This document shows, in pieces, positions 18,742 to 26,826 of a stretch of DNA of 32,000 nucleotides. This DNA comes from Candidatus Lokiarchaeum ossiferum (GTDB lineage Archaea; Asgardarchaeota; Lokiarchaeia; Sigyniarchaeales; Promethearchaeaceae): assembly GCA_025839675.1 (NCBI GenBank), contig CP104013.1, forward strand, positions 720,001 to 752,000, written 5' to 3'. A model generated the notes under the pieces. It was not told where the DNA came from, made no database searches, and worked only from the letters and a program-made list of their open reading frames with translations. How positions within the stretch are numbered: position 1 is the first letter of the stretch; every line of letters begins with the position of its first letter. Made by a program: the position numbers and the translations under genes.

Positions 18742-19137
18742 ATGGAAGCGAAAAAAATAACATCGGGAACTTACATATTATGGATAGATTTGGCTCAATT
18801 GAGTCACATAAAAATTGGAAAACTCGGAAATATTAAATTTCAACAAGGAAATTACGTATATATAGGGTCAGCGATGAATTCACAATTAAAAAATCGAGTG
18901 CTCCGTCATTTAAAACCCTCCACGATGAAAAAAAACCATTGGCACATTGATTTCTTTTTAGCTTCCAATTTTACCCAAATCAAAAAAATCACGCTGATTC
19001 CATCACATCAAAAAGAAGAGTGTAGTGTTTCTCAGCAAATGAGGCAAAAAATGGATTATGAGGTTACTAACTTTGGATCATCGGATTGTAAATGCTCCAG
19101 CCATCTATATTTTATGGGAGATCATCTCGAATTCTAA
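18742..19137 (+). CDS. DUF123 / GIY-YIG (Uri) superfamily endonuclease-like protein
   Basis: GTYILWI...GNYVYIGSAMNS..L.NRVLRHL....KKNHWHIDFFL and the C-terminal FGSSDCKCSSHLYF match my recollection of the DUF123 (COG1833-type) signature. The track ORF begins at a TTG at 18709; the first ATG is at 18742. Confidence 0.78.
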   Translation: MEAKKITSGTYILWIDLAQLSHIKIGKLGNIKFQQGNYVYIGSAMNSQLKNRVLRHLKPSTMKKNHWHIDFFLASNFTQIKKITLIPSHQKEECSVSQQMRQKMDYEVTNFGSSDCKCSSHLYFMGDHLEF

Positions 19138-19309
19138 CCGTCTGGATGAAAAAGAAAATTCCTATCCTAATAAATGAATCTCGAGGATATTTTGGAGTCA
19201 ATACACAAAAAAGGACTTTTCGCTAAATGAAAAATTTTTGTTTTACAAACGAAAAATATATTTGAGCTTCCCGCACTAAGTTTAAACGAATTTAATTTTA
19301 AAAAGTTGA

Positions 19310-20329
19310 ATGCAAATGGTAAGTTATAAAGAATTAGGCTTAGTGAACACAAAAGATATGTTTGCTAAAGCCATTGCGGGAAAATATGCTATTCCAGGCT
19401 ATAATTTTAATAATATGGAACAGTTACAAGCCATAATCCGTGCTTGTGTTGAATCGGAATCACCAGTAATCCTTCAAGTTTCAAAAGGAGCGCGCAATTA
19501 TGCCAACCAAACACTCTTACGCTATATGGCACAAGGTGCCGTTGAATATGCCAAGGAATTAAATAAAGATGGAAAAGCCATCCCTATTGCACTTCACTTG
19601 GACCATGGAGCAGATTTTGAAATTTGCAAATCTTGTATTGATATGGGATTCAGTTCTGTCATGTATGATGGCAGCCACCTCCCTTTTGAAGAAAATATTG
19701 CCATTTCTAAGAAAGTTGTGGAATATGCTCATTCTCGAGATGATTATATTACAGTAGAATGTGAATTAGGTGTATTAGCAGGAGTTGAAGATGATGTTTC
19801 TGCAGAAGTAAGCCATTATACCAAACCCGAAGAAGTAATCGAGTTCAAAGAAAAAACGGGATGTGACAGTTTGGCAATTTCCATCGGAACTTCCCACGGA
19901 GCCAATAAGTTCAAACCAGAACAATGCACTAGAAATGATGAGGGTATTTTGGTTCCACCACCCTTAGCTTTTGAAATACTTGAAGAAATCGAGAAGAAAC
20001 TTCCGGGTTTTCCAATAGTGTTGCATGGTTCTTCTTCCGTCCCACAAGAATATGTTGCAACAATTAATGCCAACGGGGGGGGGTTGAAAGATGCAGTGGG
20101 AATTCCAGAAGCCCAATTACGGAAGGCGGCTCAGTATAATGTCTGCAAAATCAATATTGATTCTGATGGTAGACTAGCCATGACAGCAAAAATTAGAGAA
20201 GTATTAAAAAACAAACCAGCGGAATTTGATCCAAGAAAATATATTGGACCTGCTCGAGATGAACTCAGTAAAATGTATGCTCGAAAAAATCGAGAAGTCT
20301 TAGGATCCGCAAATCACGCTTTTGATTAA
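19310..20329 (+). CDS. fba: Fructose-1,6-bisphosphate aldolase, class II (type B)
   Basis: Contains YAIPGYNFNNMEQLQAI, SPVILQVSKGA, zinc ligands in LHLDHG, GFSSVMYDGSH, ECELG, AISIGTSHGANKF, VLHGSSSVP, KINIDSD and FDPRKY. It is collinear with Giardia/clostridial-type class II FBA. Confidence 0.95.
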   Translation: MQMVSYKELGLVNTKDMFAKAIAGKYAIPGYNFNNMEQLQAIIRACVESESPVILQVSKGARNYANQTLLRYMAQGAVEYAKELNKDGKAIPIALHLDHGADFEICKSCIDMGFSSVMYDGSHLPFEENIAISKKVVEYAHSRDDYITVECELGVLAGVEDDVSAEVSHYTKPEEVIEFKEKTGCDSLAISIGTSHGANKFKPEQCTRNDEGILVPPPLAFEILEEIEKKLPGFPIVLHGSSSVPQEYVATINANGGGLKDAVGIPEAQLRKAAQYNVCKINIDSDGRLAMTAKIREVLKNKPAEFDPRKYIGPARDELSKMYARKNREVLGSANHAFD

Positions 20330-20346
20330 ATTTTGAGTGTTCTAAA

Positions 20347-20356
20347 TTTTTTTTTT
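20347..20356 (+). terminator. Oligo-T (T10) tract downstream of the fba stop
   Basis: A T10 run lies 18 nt after the TAA at 20327-20329. Confidence 0.35.
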
Positions 20357-20601
20357 ATTTATAGCCAATTTTTAATTACATTATGTAAAATAAGCCCATT
20401 TTGGGGGGAAGAATGATGCGATCACTTTCGATCATTTGATTTAATTTTTCAAATATAATCCAGTAAAATATCACGTTAAACAACCATTTAAGTATTGCAA
20501 ATTCAAGAATTTCTCTATCTTATGAGCTTTAAAAGAATCAGGTTGTGAAGTTATAGTGCAAAACCTTTTACTCAAAATTTCCCTTTGAAGGATTGAAAAT
20601 C

Positions 20602-23082
20602 ATGTCAGCAAAAAAAGTAATAATTATTGGAGGAGTTGCTGGAGGCGCTTCTTGCGCTGTACGATTACGAAGATTGGACGAACATGCAAACATTGTATTG
20701 TTAGAACGCGGTAATCATATTTCATTTGCAAATTGTGGACTTCCCTACTACATTGGAGGTGTTATAAAAGACGAATCCAAATTGTTAGTAGAAACTCCCG
20801 AAAAAATGCACGCAAGTTTTAATATTGATGTGCGGATAAAATCTGAAGCATTGAAAATTAATCGAGAAACGAAAACTGTAGAAATCCATGATATATCAAA
20901 CAACAACATTTATACCGAATCTTATGATAAACTCGTACTATCTCCTGGAGCATCTCCTTTTCGACCTCCAATTCCAGGTATAAATTTATCTAAAATCTTT
21001 ACATTACGAAATATTCCAGATACTGATGCAATCAAAAATTATGTAGATCAAAATCACCCCCAACATGCCGTAGTTGTGGGAGGAGGATTCATAGGTCTAG
21101 AAATGGCTGAAAATCTCGCCGAACGAGGAATAAAAGTCACTGTTAATGAACTGGCAGATCAAGTAATGGCCCCGCTTGACTATGAAATGGCAGCTTATGT
21201 CCACCAGCATTTGAAATCCCATGAGATTGAGCTATATCTCAATGATGGAGTAAAATCCTTCGAGGAACTTGATAAGGATATAATCATCGTCACATTAAAT
21301 AGCGGTACCAAAATTCGCACAAACATGGTGATTTTTGGGATCGGAGTAAAGCCAGAAAACAAACTGGCAAAAGAAGCAGATCTAGATCTTGGAGAACGAG
21401 GAGGAATCAAAGTAAATGAAAAATTAGAAACAAACGATCCAGATATCTATGCAATTGGAGATGCCATTGAAGTTATTGATTTTGTTAATAAAAATTCCGT
21501 TTTAATTCCATTAGCGGGTCCTGCCAATAAACAAGGAAGAATTGTTGCTAATAATATTGCCGGTAAAGAAGAAAAATTCTTTGGAACTCAAGGAACTTCA
21601 ATTGCAAAAATCTTTGATCTCACTATTGCAACCACAGGAAACAATGAGAAAACTCTTATCCGCTATGGAATTCCCTATTTAAAATCATTCACTCAAAATT
21701 CATCCCATGCAGGTTATTATCCCGGAGCCATTCCTATGGCGATGAAACTGATTTTCACTCCAGATACTGGAAAAATACTTGGTGCCCAAATCGTTGGATA
21801 TGATGGAGTAGACAAAAGAATTGACGTATTGGCTACAGCTTTAAGAGCAAATATGACAGTATTTGATTTAGAGCAACTTGAATTAGCGTATGCACCACCT
21901 TACTCTTCTGCCAAAGATCCAGTCAATATTGCGGGTTTTGTTGCTTCTAATATTCTTAAGGGGGATATGGAAGTAATCTTTTGGGATGAAATCGCAAAAA
22001 TTGACCCTAAAAAATCAATATTGCTGGATATTCGTACCAATTTGGAGACTAAACTTGGAAAACTACCTAATTCATTGCATATTCCTTTGGATAATCTTCG
22101 AGAACGCATTAAAGAGATTCCAATGGGCAAAGAACTCATTGTTTATTGTCAAGCAGGACAACGGGGATATTATGCTGCACGAATTTTAATGCAACATGGA
22201 TTCAAAGTCAAAAATTTGAGCGGGGGATATAAAGCATATAAAATTGTAACCGAAAAACAATCAAATGAAGATGTGTTTGCCGATTTAGGGATTAAAACCG
22301 ATGATGTGATTCATGCGGTTCCAACTCAAGAATATTCTGATAACGATATCACCGCAGCAATTGAAATAGATGCGTGTGGTTTAGCATGTCCTGGTCCAAT
22401 AATGAAAGTCGCAGACGGAATGAATTCTCTTAATGCAGGAGAGGTTTTAAAAATTTCCTCTACTGATCCAGGTTTTTTTTCAGATGTCAAAGTCTGGGCA
22501 AAGACGACTAACAATACAATAATGAATATAACTCGAGAAAAACGAGAAATTATCGCGTTGATTAAGAAAAATAAACCCGAGAAAGCTTCCACGGCTAATA
22601 TTGGTTCTTTACCTACGGGAAAAAATCTTATTGTCTTCAGTGCGGATCTCGATAAAGCCATCGCAGCTTTTATCATTGCAAATGGAGCAGCTGCTATGGG
22701 AAGGGAAGTTAATATCTTCTTTACCTTCTGGGGGTTAAATATTCTCCGCAAACCTAAAAAAGTCAAAGTAAAGAAAAATTTCATTGAACGTGTGTTTGGA
22801 AAAATGATGCCCCGAGGAGCAGATAAACTTGAGATATCCCAAATGAAAATGCTCGGTATGGGCACAAAAATGATCAAAGGCATCATGAAGAAGCATAATA
22901 TTTCATCACTTCACGAATTGATGCAATCGGCACTAGCTAATGGAGTAAAATTAGTTGCTTGTCAAATGACAATGGATTTAATGGGAATCAAGGAAGAGGA
23001 ACTTATCGACGGTGTTTCGCTCGGTGGAGTTGCCACCATGCTAGGGGCTAGCGATGACTCCAATATGAGCCTATTTATTTAA
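20602..23082 (+). CDS. Four-domain sulfur-trafficking fusion: CoA-disulfide/persulfide reductase, rhodanese, TusA-like and DsrE-like
   Basis: Domain evidence in order:
- Rossmann VIIIGGVAGGASCA with the CoADR redox Cys in SFANCGLPYY, and a second dinucleotide fold VVVGGGFIGLE.
- Rhodanese active-site loop YCQAGQRG.
- TusA/SirA CPxP motif ACGLACPGPIMK.
- C-terminal DsrE-family region with VACQMTMDLMG.
The track start at 20593 is a TTG. The ATG at 20602 (MSAKKVIIIGG) is preceded by GAAGGA. Confidence 0.9.
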   Translation: MSAKKVIIIGGVAGGASCAVRLRRLDEHANIVLLERGNHISFANCGLPYYIGGVIKDESKLLVETPEKMHASFNIDVRIKSEALKINRETKTVEIHDISNNNIYTESYDKLVLSPGASPFRPPIPGINLSKIFTLRNIPDTDAIKNYVDQNHPQHAVVVGGGFIGLEMAENLAERGIKVTVNELADQVMAPLDYEMAAYVHQHLKSHEIELYLNDGVKSFEELDKDIIIVTLNSGTKIRTNMVIFGIGVKPENKLAKEADLDLGERGGIKVNEKLETNDPDIYAIGDAIEVIDFVNKNSVLIPLAGPANKQGRIVANNIAGKEEKFFGTQGTSIAKIFDLTIATTGNNEKTLIRYGIPYLKSFTQNSSHAGYYPGAIPMAMKLIFTPDTGKILGAQIVGYDGVDKRIDVLATALRANMTVFDLEQLELAYAPPYSSAKDPVNIAGFVASNILKGDMEVIFWDEIAKIDPKKSILLDIRTNLETKLGKLPNSLHIPLDNLRERIKEIPMGKELIVYCQAGQRGYYAARILMQHGFKVKNLSGGYKAYKIVTEKQSNEDVFADLGIKTDDVIHAVPTQEYSDNDITAAIEIDACGLACPGPIMKVADGMNSLNAGEVLKISSTDPGFFSDVKVWAKTTNNTIMNITREKREIIALIKKNKPEKASTANIGSLPTGKNLIVFSADLDKAIAAFIIANGAAAMGREVNIFFTFWGLNILRKPKKVKVKKNFIERVFGKMMPRGADKLEISQMKMLGMGTKMIKGIMKKHNISSLHELMQSALANGVKLVACQMTMDLMGIKEEELIDGVSLGGVATMLGASDDSNMSLFI

Positions 23083-23105
23083 ACAAATAGATACGAGTTG
23101 TTTCA

Positions 23106-23112
23106 TTTTTTT
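23106..23112 (+). terminator. Oligo-T (T7) tract downstream of the CoADR-fusion stop
   Basis: A T7 run lies 24 nt after the TAA at 23080-23082. Confidence 0.3.
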
Positions 23113-23149
23113 CTATCATAATGTATTTTTCCCTATCTTTCAATTTTAT

Positions 23150-23187
23150 AGTATCATTTATAAATAAAAAGTATCATATAGTAGCAT
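23150..23187. promoter_or_regulatory. Three helically phased copies of AGTA(T/G)CAT among TATA-like boxes, upstream of the HTH / beta-helix / SBP cluster
   Basis: AGTATCAT occurs at 23150-23157 and 23170-23177, and AGTAGCAT at 23180-23187, with offsets of 20 and 10 nt. The longer repeat TATAGTA(T/G)CATTTA occurs at 23147 and 23177. The site lies ~110-150 nt upstream of the ATG at 23299. Confidence 0.3.
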
Positions 23188-23298
23188 TTAAATATATAAA
23201 CTACTAATGTAATAATAAAGTTAATCATTAATTTCTAGCAAGATCAACTTAATTGCAACGTATTCATTTCACTTCAAAACGGAATCACAGTGATATTT

Positions 23299-23595
23299 AT
23301 GGGAAAATCAAGTAAAGAAAAAATTAATTACGCTGTTGAACTTTTGAAGCAAGGAAAGACCTATCGAGAAATACAAAAGGAATTGAAAACGCAATTTGGC
23401 TCCACTATGTCATTTTCAACCTTACAAAAGTTGAATCAAGTCCAAGAAAAAGTAATCGGAGAAAACTCACGAATTCAGGAGTTGGAACAAGAACTGGCAC
23501 TCTTTAAGCGTTTATACTTTGAATTGCTAAAAAAATATGACAGTTTGCATGAACAGGAGGATAACCAAAATGGAAAATCTAAAAAGACAAAGTAA
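23299..23595 (+). CDS. Small HTH protein with a C-terminal coiled-coil segment
   Basis: KINYAVELLKQGKTYREIQKELKTQFGSTMSFSTLQKL reads as helix-turn-helix. It is followed by the heptad-like ENSRIQELEQELALFKRLYFELLKKY and a basic tail. The track start at 23290 is a GTG; the ATG is at 23299. The 3' end overlaps the next gene by 26 nt. Confidence 0.6.
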   Translation: MGKSSKEKINYAVELLKQGKTYREIQKELKTQFGSTMSFSTLQKLNQVQEKVIGENSRIQELEQELALFKRLYFELLKKYDSLHEQEDNQNGKSKKTK

Positions 23596-24889
23596 AATTC
23601 ATTCTATTAAGCATATTTTGAAGAGAACGATCCTAATTTCGATCCTGGCTATTTGTATTTGTAGTACCAACGAATTTCTTGGAAAGAATGAAATGGTGAC
23701 GACTAATTGTATACCTCATACAGCTTCCTTAAGATATATTGAAATTGATGATTCAATTCCTGAAAAAAGTTTAGCAAACAACAACTATATTGGAGGTAAT
23801 GGGACTAAAAAAGACCCTTATGTCCTATCTAATTATAATTTTTATCGCGATGATTGGTATCCAATTATCTCTATCAAGAACACTCGAGCATTTTTGGTCA
23901 TTGAAAATTGCAAGTTGCGTGCAAATTATGAAAACAGTGGAATATTCATCAAATATGAGAGTAATGGTATCCAAATTGAAAATAGTTCAAACATAGTTAT
24001 AAATAATTGCACGTTCGAGTCTTCAGGCTATGGATCAGGCTGTTCGTTTTCAAACTCATCGAATATTCTAGTGAAAAATTGTCAGTTCGATTGTCTTACA
24101 TGGGGGATTTATTGTGAATATTCTTCATTGATCTCAATTACTGACAACGAGATCATTGGGAAAGATTGTGGAGTGGCAATATTGGGATCTTCATCTATCT
24201 TTGTAGAAAAAAACACAATTAAAGAAGGATATCATGGAATTTTATCCTCCAATTCCACCATGAATAATTATACTGACAACTTAATTTCAGATAACTATAT
24301 CGGGATGTCTGTGAAATTTTCTGTTCAAGCTTTAATTACTGCAAATAGGATTTTTTCAAATCAATATGGATTGGATATCGTTAATAGCATCAAAACAACG
24401 ATTATTGGAAATGTGATTAAAAAAAATAAAGAAGTAGGAATTATTTTGCATTCTTGTTTGCAAAACGATATTCTTGATAATCAAATTTCTTATTCCAAAT
24501 GGGGAATAATCTTCCAACCTAAGGAAGAAGAGCCAATTTATGCCCATCTTTCAATTAAATATGAAAATATAGATAATTTAGTCAAAAATAACACTTTGAC
24601 GGAAATATATCGTCGAGGAATAGTAGATTCCTCAGGAAAAAATGAATTAGTTGAAAATTCAGTAATATTATCCTTGTGGTGGTTAATAGGTCTCCCATTA
24701 GCAACAATTTTGATAATTGCAAGTTCTATTTTGGCTCTAAGATCGATACGCAAGCACATTGAAGAATTGCAAGAAATTAAACTTTATGAGAAAAATAGTA
24801 TTCAAAATGAACGGATCAAAGAATTAGAAGAAGAACTTAAGAAATACAAAGAGCTTTATGATACGCTGATCAAATCAGATAAAAAATAA
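23570..24889 (+). CDS. Membrane protein with an extracytoplasmic right-handed parallel beta-helix (PbH1/NosD-like) domain, a C-terminal TM and a cytoplasmic coiled-coil tail
   Basis: GGAGG at 23556-23560 lies 9 nt before the ATG at 23570 (MENLKRQSK...). The signal/anchor is ILISILAICICS. The GNGTKKDPYVLSN entry motif is followed by ~22-aa repeats of the type I.I.NSSNI.I.NC.F. The TM is LWWLIGLPLATILIIASSILAL, and the ~45-aa tail ends ERIKELEEELKKYKELYDTLIKSDKK. Confidence 0.8.
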   Translation: MENLKRQSKIHSIKHILKRTILISILAICICSTNEFLGKNEMVTTNCIPHTASLRYIEIDDSIPEKSLANNNYIGGNGTKKDPYVLSNYNFYRDDWYPIISIKNTRAFLVIENCKLRANYENSGIFIKYESNGIQIENSSNIVINNCTFESSGYGSGCSFSNSSNILVKNCQFDCLTWGIYCEYSSLISITDNEIIGKDCGVAILGSSSIFVEKNTIKEGYHGILSSNSTMNNYTDNLISDNYIGMSVKFSVQALITANRIFSNQYGLDIVNSIKTTIIGNVIKKNKEVGIILHSCLQNDILDNQISYSKWGIIFQPKEEEPIYAHLSIKYENIDNLVKNNTLTEIYRRGIVDSSGKNELVENSVILSLWWLIGLPLATILIIASSILALRSIRKHIEELQEIKLYEKNSIQNERIKELEEELKKYKELYDTLIKSDKK

Positions 24890-24956
24890 GATCCAAATCA
24901 ATCAAATGGAAACTGAAGATTTAATAACGACCTTTTTTTTACAGGAGGAGCATAAG

Positions 24957-26792
24957 ATGGCGAAGACAAAATCATCAATAGTAGTCGTGGTAATCATTAT
25001 TAGCGGAGTTTTCCAGACTTGTTTGTGTTCAGCACAAGATAAACCATTTGAAGAACGTCCTTTTGTGTATGGAGCACAATTAGACAACCTCATACCTTTG
25101 AATATTGATCCACATCAAGCTTACGCTTCAAATTCGTTTGATTTCATTGATCAAATTTGTGAAGGTCTTTTCTCATATGATTTGACCAGTCCGAACATGA
25201 CTATCCAGCCCCAACTGGCTAAAAATTTTGGTAGATGGCAACAAAAAGAAGGAGGTGTTTATGGAAGTCAATGGACTTACACAGTTGAATTGAAAAACAA
25301 CATCAAATTTCATGATAATACTCCTTTCGATGCCTATGATGTAGAATTTTCTTTCAATCGATTACATTATTTACTACAACAAAACCAATCTTCCGATTTA
25401 GAATTCTTCTATTACTTCCGATATGGGTCTACTTCCCCATTGAATTATGAATATCAACCCCTAAAATCGCTATACCCATCAACCCCCTATGTGATAAATG
25501 CGACTAAAGCTCTAAATGCAACATGGATTGAATTCACACTAAATTATCAATATAGTCCCTTTGAAGCATTGCTTTGCTGCACGGGCTCATATATTTTACC
25601 GAAGCCACTTGAAATATCCCCTGAATTCAAATACTATAATGACTCAACAGATCTTCTTGTTGGAACTGGCCCATATTCTCATGTGAGCACATCTCCATCT
25701 CAATTGAAATTGGAATTTTATCCAGATTATTATGGAGAGCTTAATCCCGATATCAAAGAGATTCATTGGAAGTTCTATAAGGATATTATATCAATGAATG
25801 AGGGATTTTTAGAAGGAAAAAACGATTATATCAAAAATATTGATTTGTCGTTTATCAAACAATATAATGAAAGTAAATATCATCAGATTGAGGAGCCAAT
25901 TCAAGGAACAACCATTAACTATTTGGGTTTTGATTGTACGACTATACTTGTTAATACTAGAAAGGCAATGCAGGATGCATTAAATTATACATTTCTTATT
26001 GAAGAATTTGGTCAAGATGAAATTACCGAAATGACATCTATTATTCCAAAAGGTATCCTTTTTCATGATAATTCTATTTCACAACCGATTACAAATATAT
26101 CAACAGCAAGATTGCATGTTTTAGATGCAATCGAAACTGGTGAATTAGTAGCCCCAGATGGATTTGATTTGAATGAGAATTCCTCTGATGAAGCATGGAA
26201 ATCAATAGTATTGGCTTCTTATACATATGGTTATAATAGCGGCAACCACATAAGAGAGGGAATTGGTGAATTAATAAAAGAAAATTTTGCGAAAATTGGG
26301 ATACAAATAATAATTAACGGTTTACCGGTGGGTCATCTATATGAAAACATACAAAATGGAATTTATCAAGTTTATTCACTCAGTTGGTCACCCCTTAACC
26401 ATGATCCCAGCAGTTACACAAATTTTATGATAAACAATTCAATTTTCAATTTTATTAATATAAATGATTCGTGGCTAGAAAAAAAACTGTCTATTGCAGT
26501 TCAGGAAAGAAATATAACAATGCGACATTTATACTACGATCAAATTCAACACTACATCTTCAAGGATTTGGTTCCAATTCTTTTCTTATATACCCCCTAC
26601 AATCGAGATATTTATCCCACTAGTGTTTCTAATATGTACAAAAATTCTATGGGAAAACTATATTTTTATCTCTGGGATTTTGACTATTCCAAAATTCCTT
26701 CCAAAATTCCAAGTTTCCCATTATTGAGCATATTTGGGGCTACATTTATAACAGTTTCATTAATAGTAAAAAAAAACAGTTCAATTGTATAA
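24957..26792 (+). CDS. Family-5 solute-binding protein (OppA/DppA/NikA type), paralog 1, with signal peptide and C-terminal TM anchor
   Basis: GGAGG at 24944-24948 precedes the ATG at 24957 (MAKTKSSIVVVVIIISG...). The SBP_bac_5-type N-lobe reads ICEGLFSYDL...IQPQLAKNF...WTYTVELKNNIKFHDNTPFDAYDVEFSFNRL. The C-terminus is IPSFPLLSIFGATFITVSLIVKK. Confidence 0.85.
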   Translation: MAKTKSSIVVVVIIISGVFQTCLCSAQDKPFEERPFVYGAQLDNLIPLNIDPHQAYASNSFDFIDQICEGLFSYDLTSPNMTIQPQLAKNFGRWQQKEGGVYGSQWTYTVELKNNIKFHDNTPFDAYDVEFSFNRLHYLLQQNQSSDLEFFYYFRYGSTSPLNYEYQPLKSLYPSTPYVINATKALNATWIEFTLNYQYSPFEALLCCTGSYILPKPLEISPEFKYYNDSTDLLVGTGPYSHVSTSPSQLKLEFYPDYYGELNPDIKEIHWKFYKDIISMNEGFLEGKNDYIKNIDLSFIKQYNESKYHQIEEPIQGTTINYLGFDCTTILVNTRKAMQDALNYTFLIEEFGQDEITEMTSIIPKGILFHDNSISQPITNISTARLHVLDAIETGELVAPDGFDLNENSSDEAWKSIVLASYTYGYNSGNHIREGIGELIKENFAKIGIQIIINGLPVGHLYENIQNGIYQVYSLSWSPLNHDPSSYTNFMINNSIFNFININDSWLEKKLSIAVQERNITMRHLYYDQIQHYIFKDLVPILFLYTPYNRDIYPTSVSNMYKNSMGKLYFYLWDFDYSKIPSKIPSFPLLSIFGATFITVSLIVKKNSSIV

Positions 26793-26826
26793 AATCAGTG
26801 TAAATCCTGATAATTGAGGAAGAAAA

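Noticed and set aside
22326-22886. 186-aa antisense ORF, plus smaller ones at 21195-21410, 21900-22139 and 21986-22189, inside the CoADR-fusion gene
   Set aside because: All are fully embedded in a gene whose four domains carry canonical catalytic motifs. The translations are low-complexity and hydrophobic or basic, with no recognisable motif.
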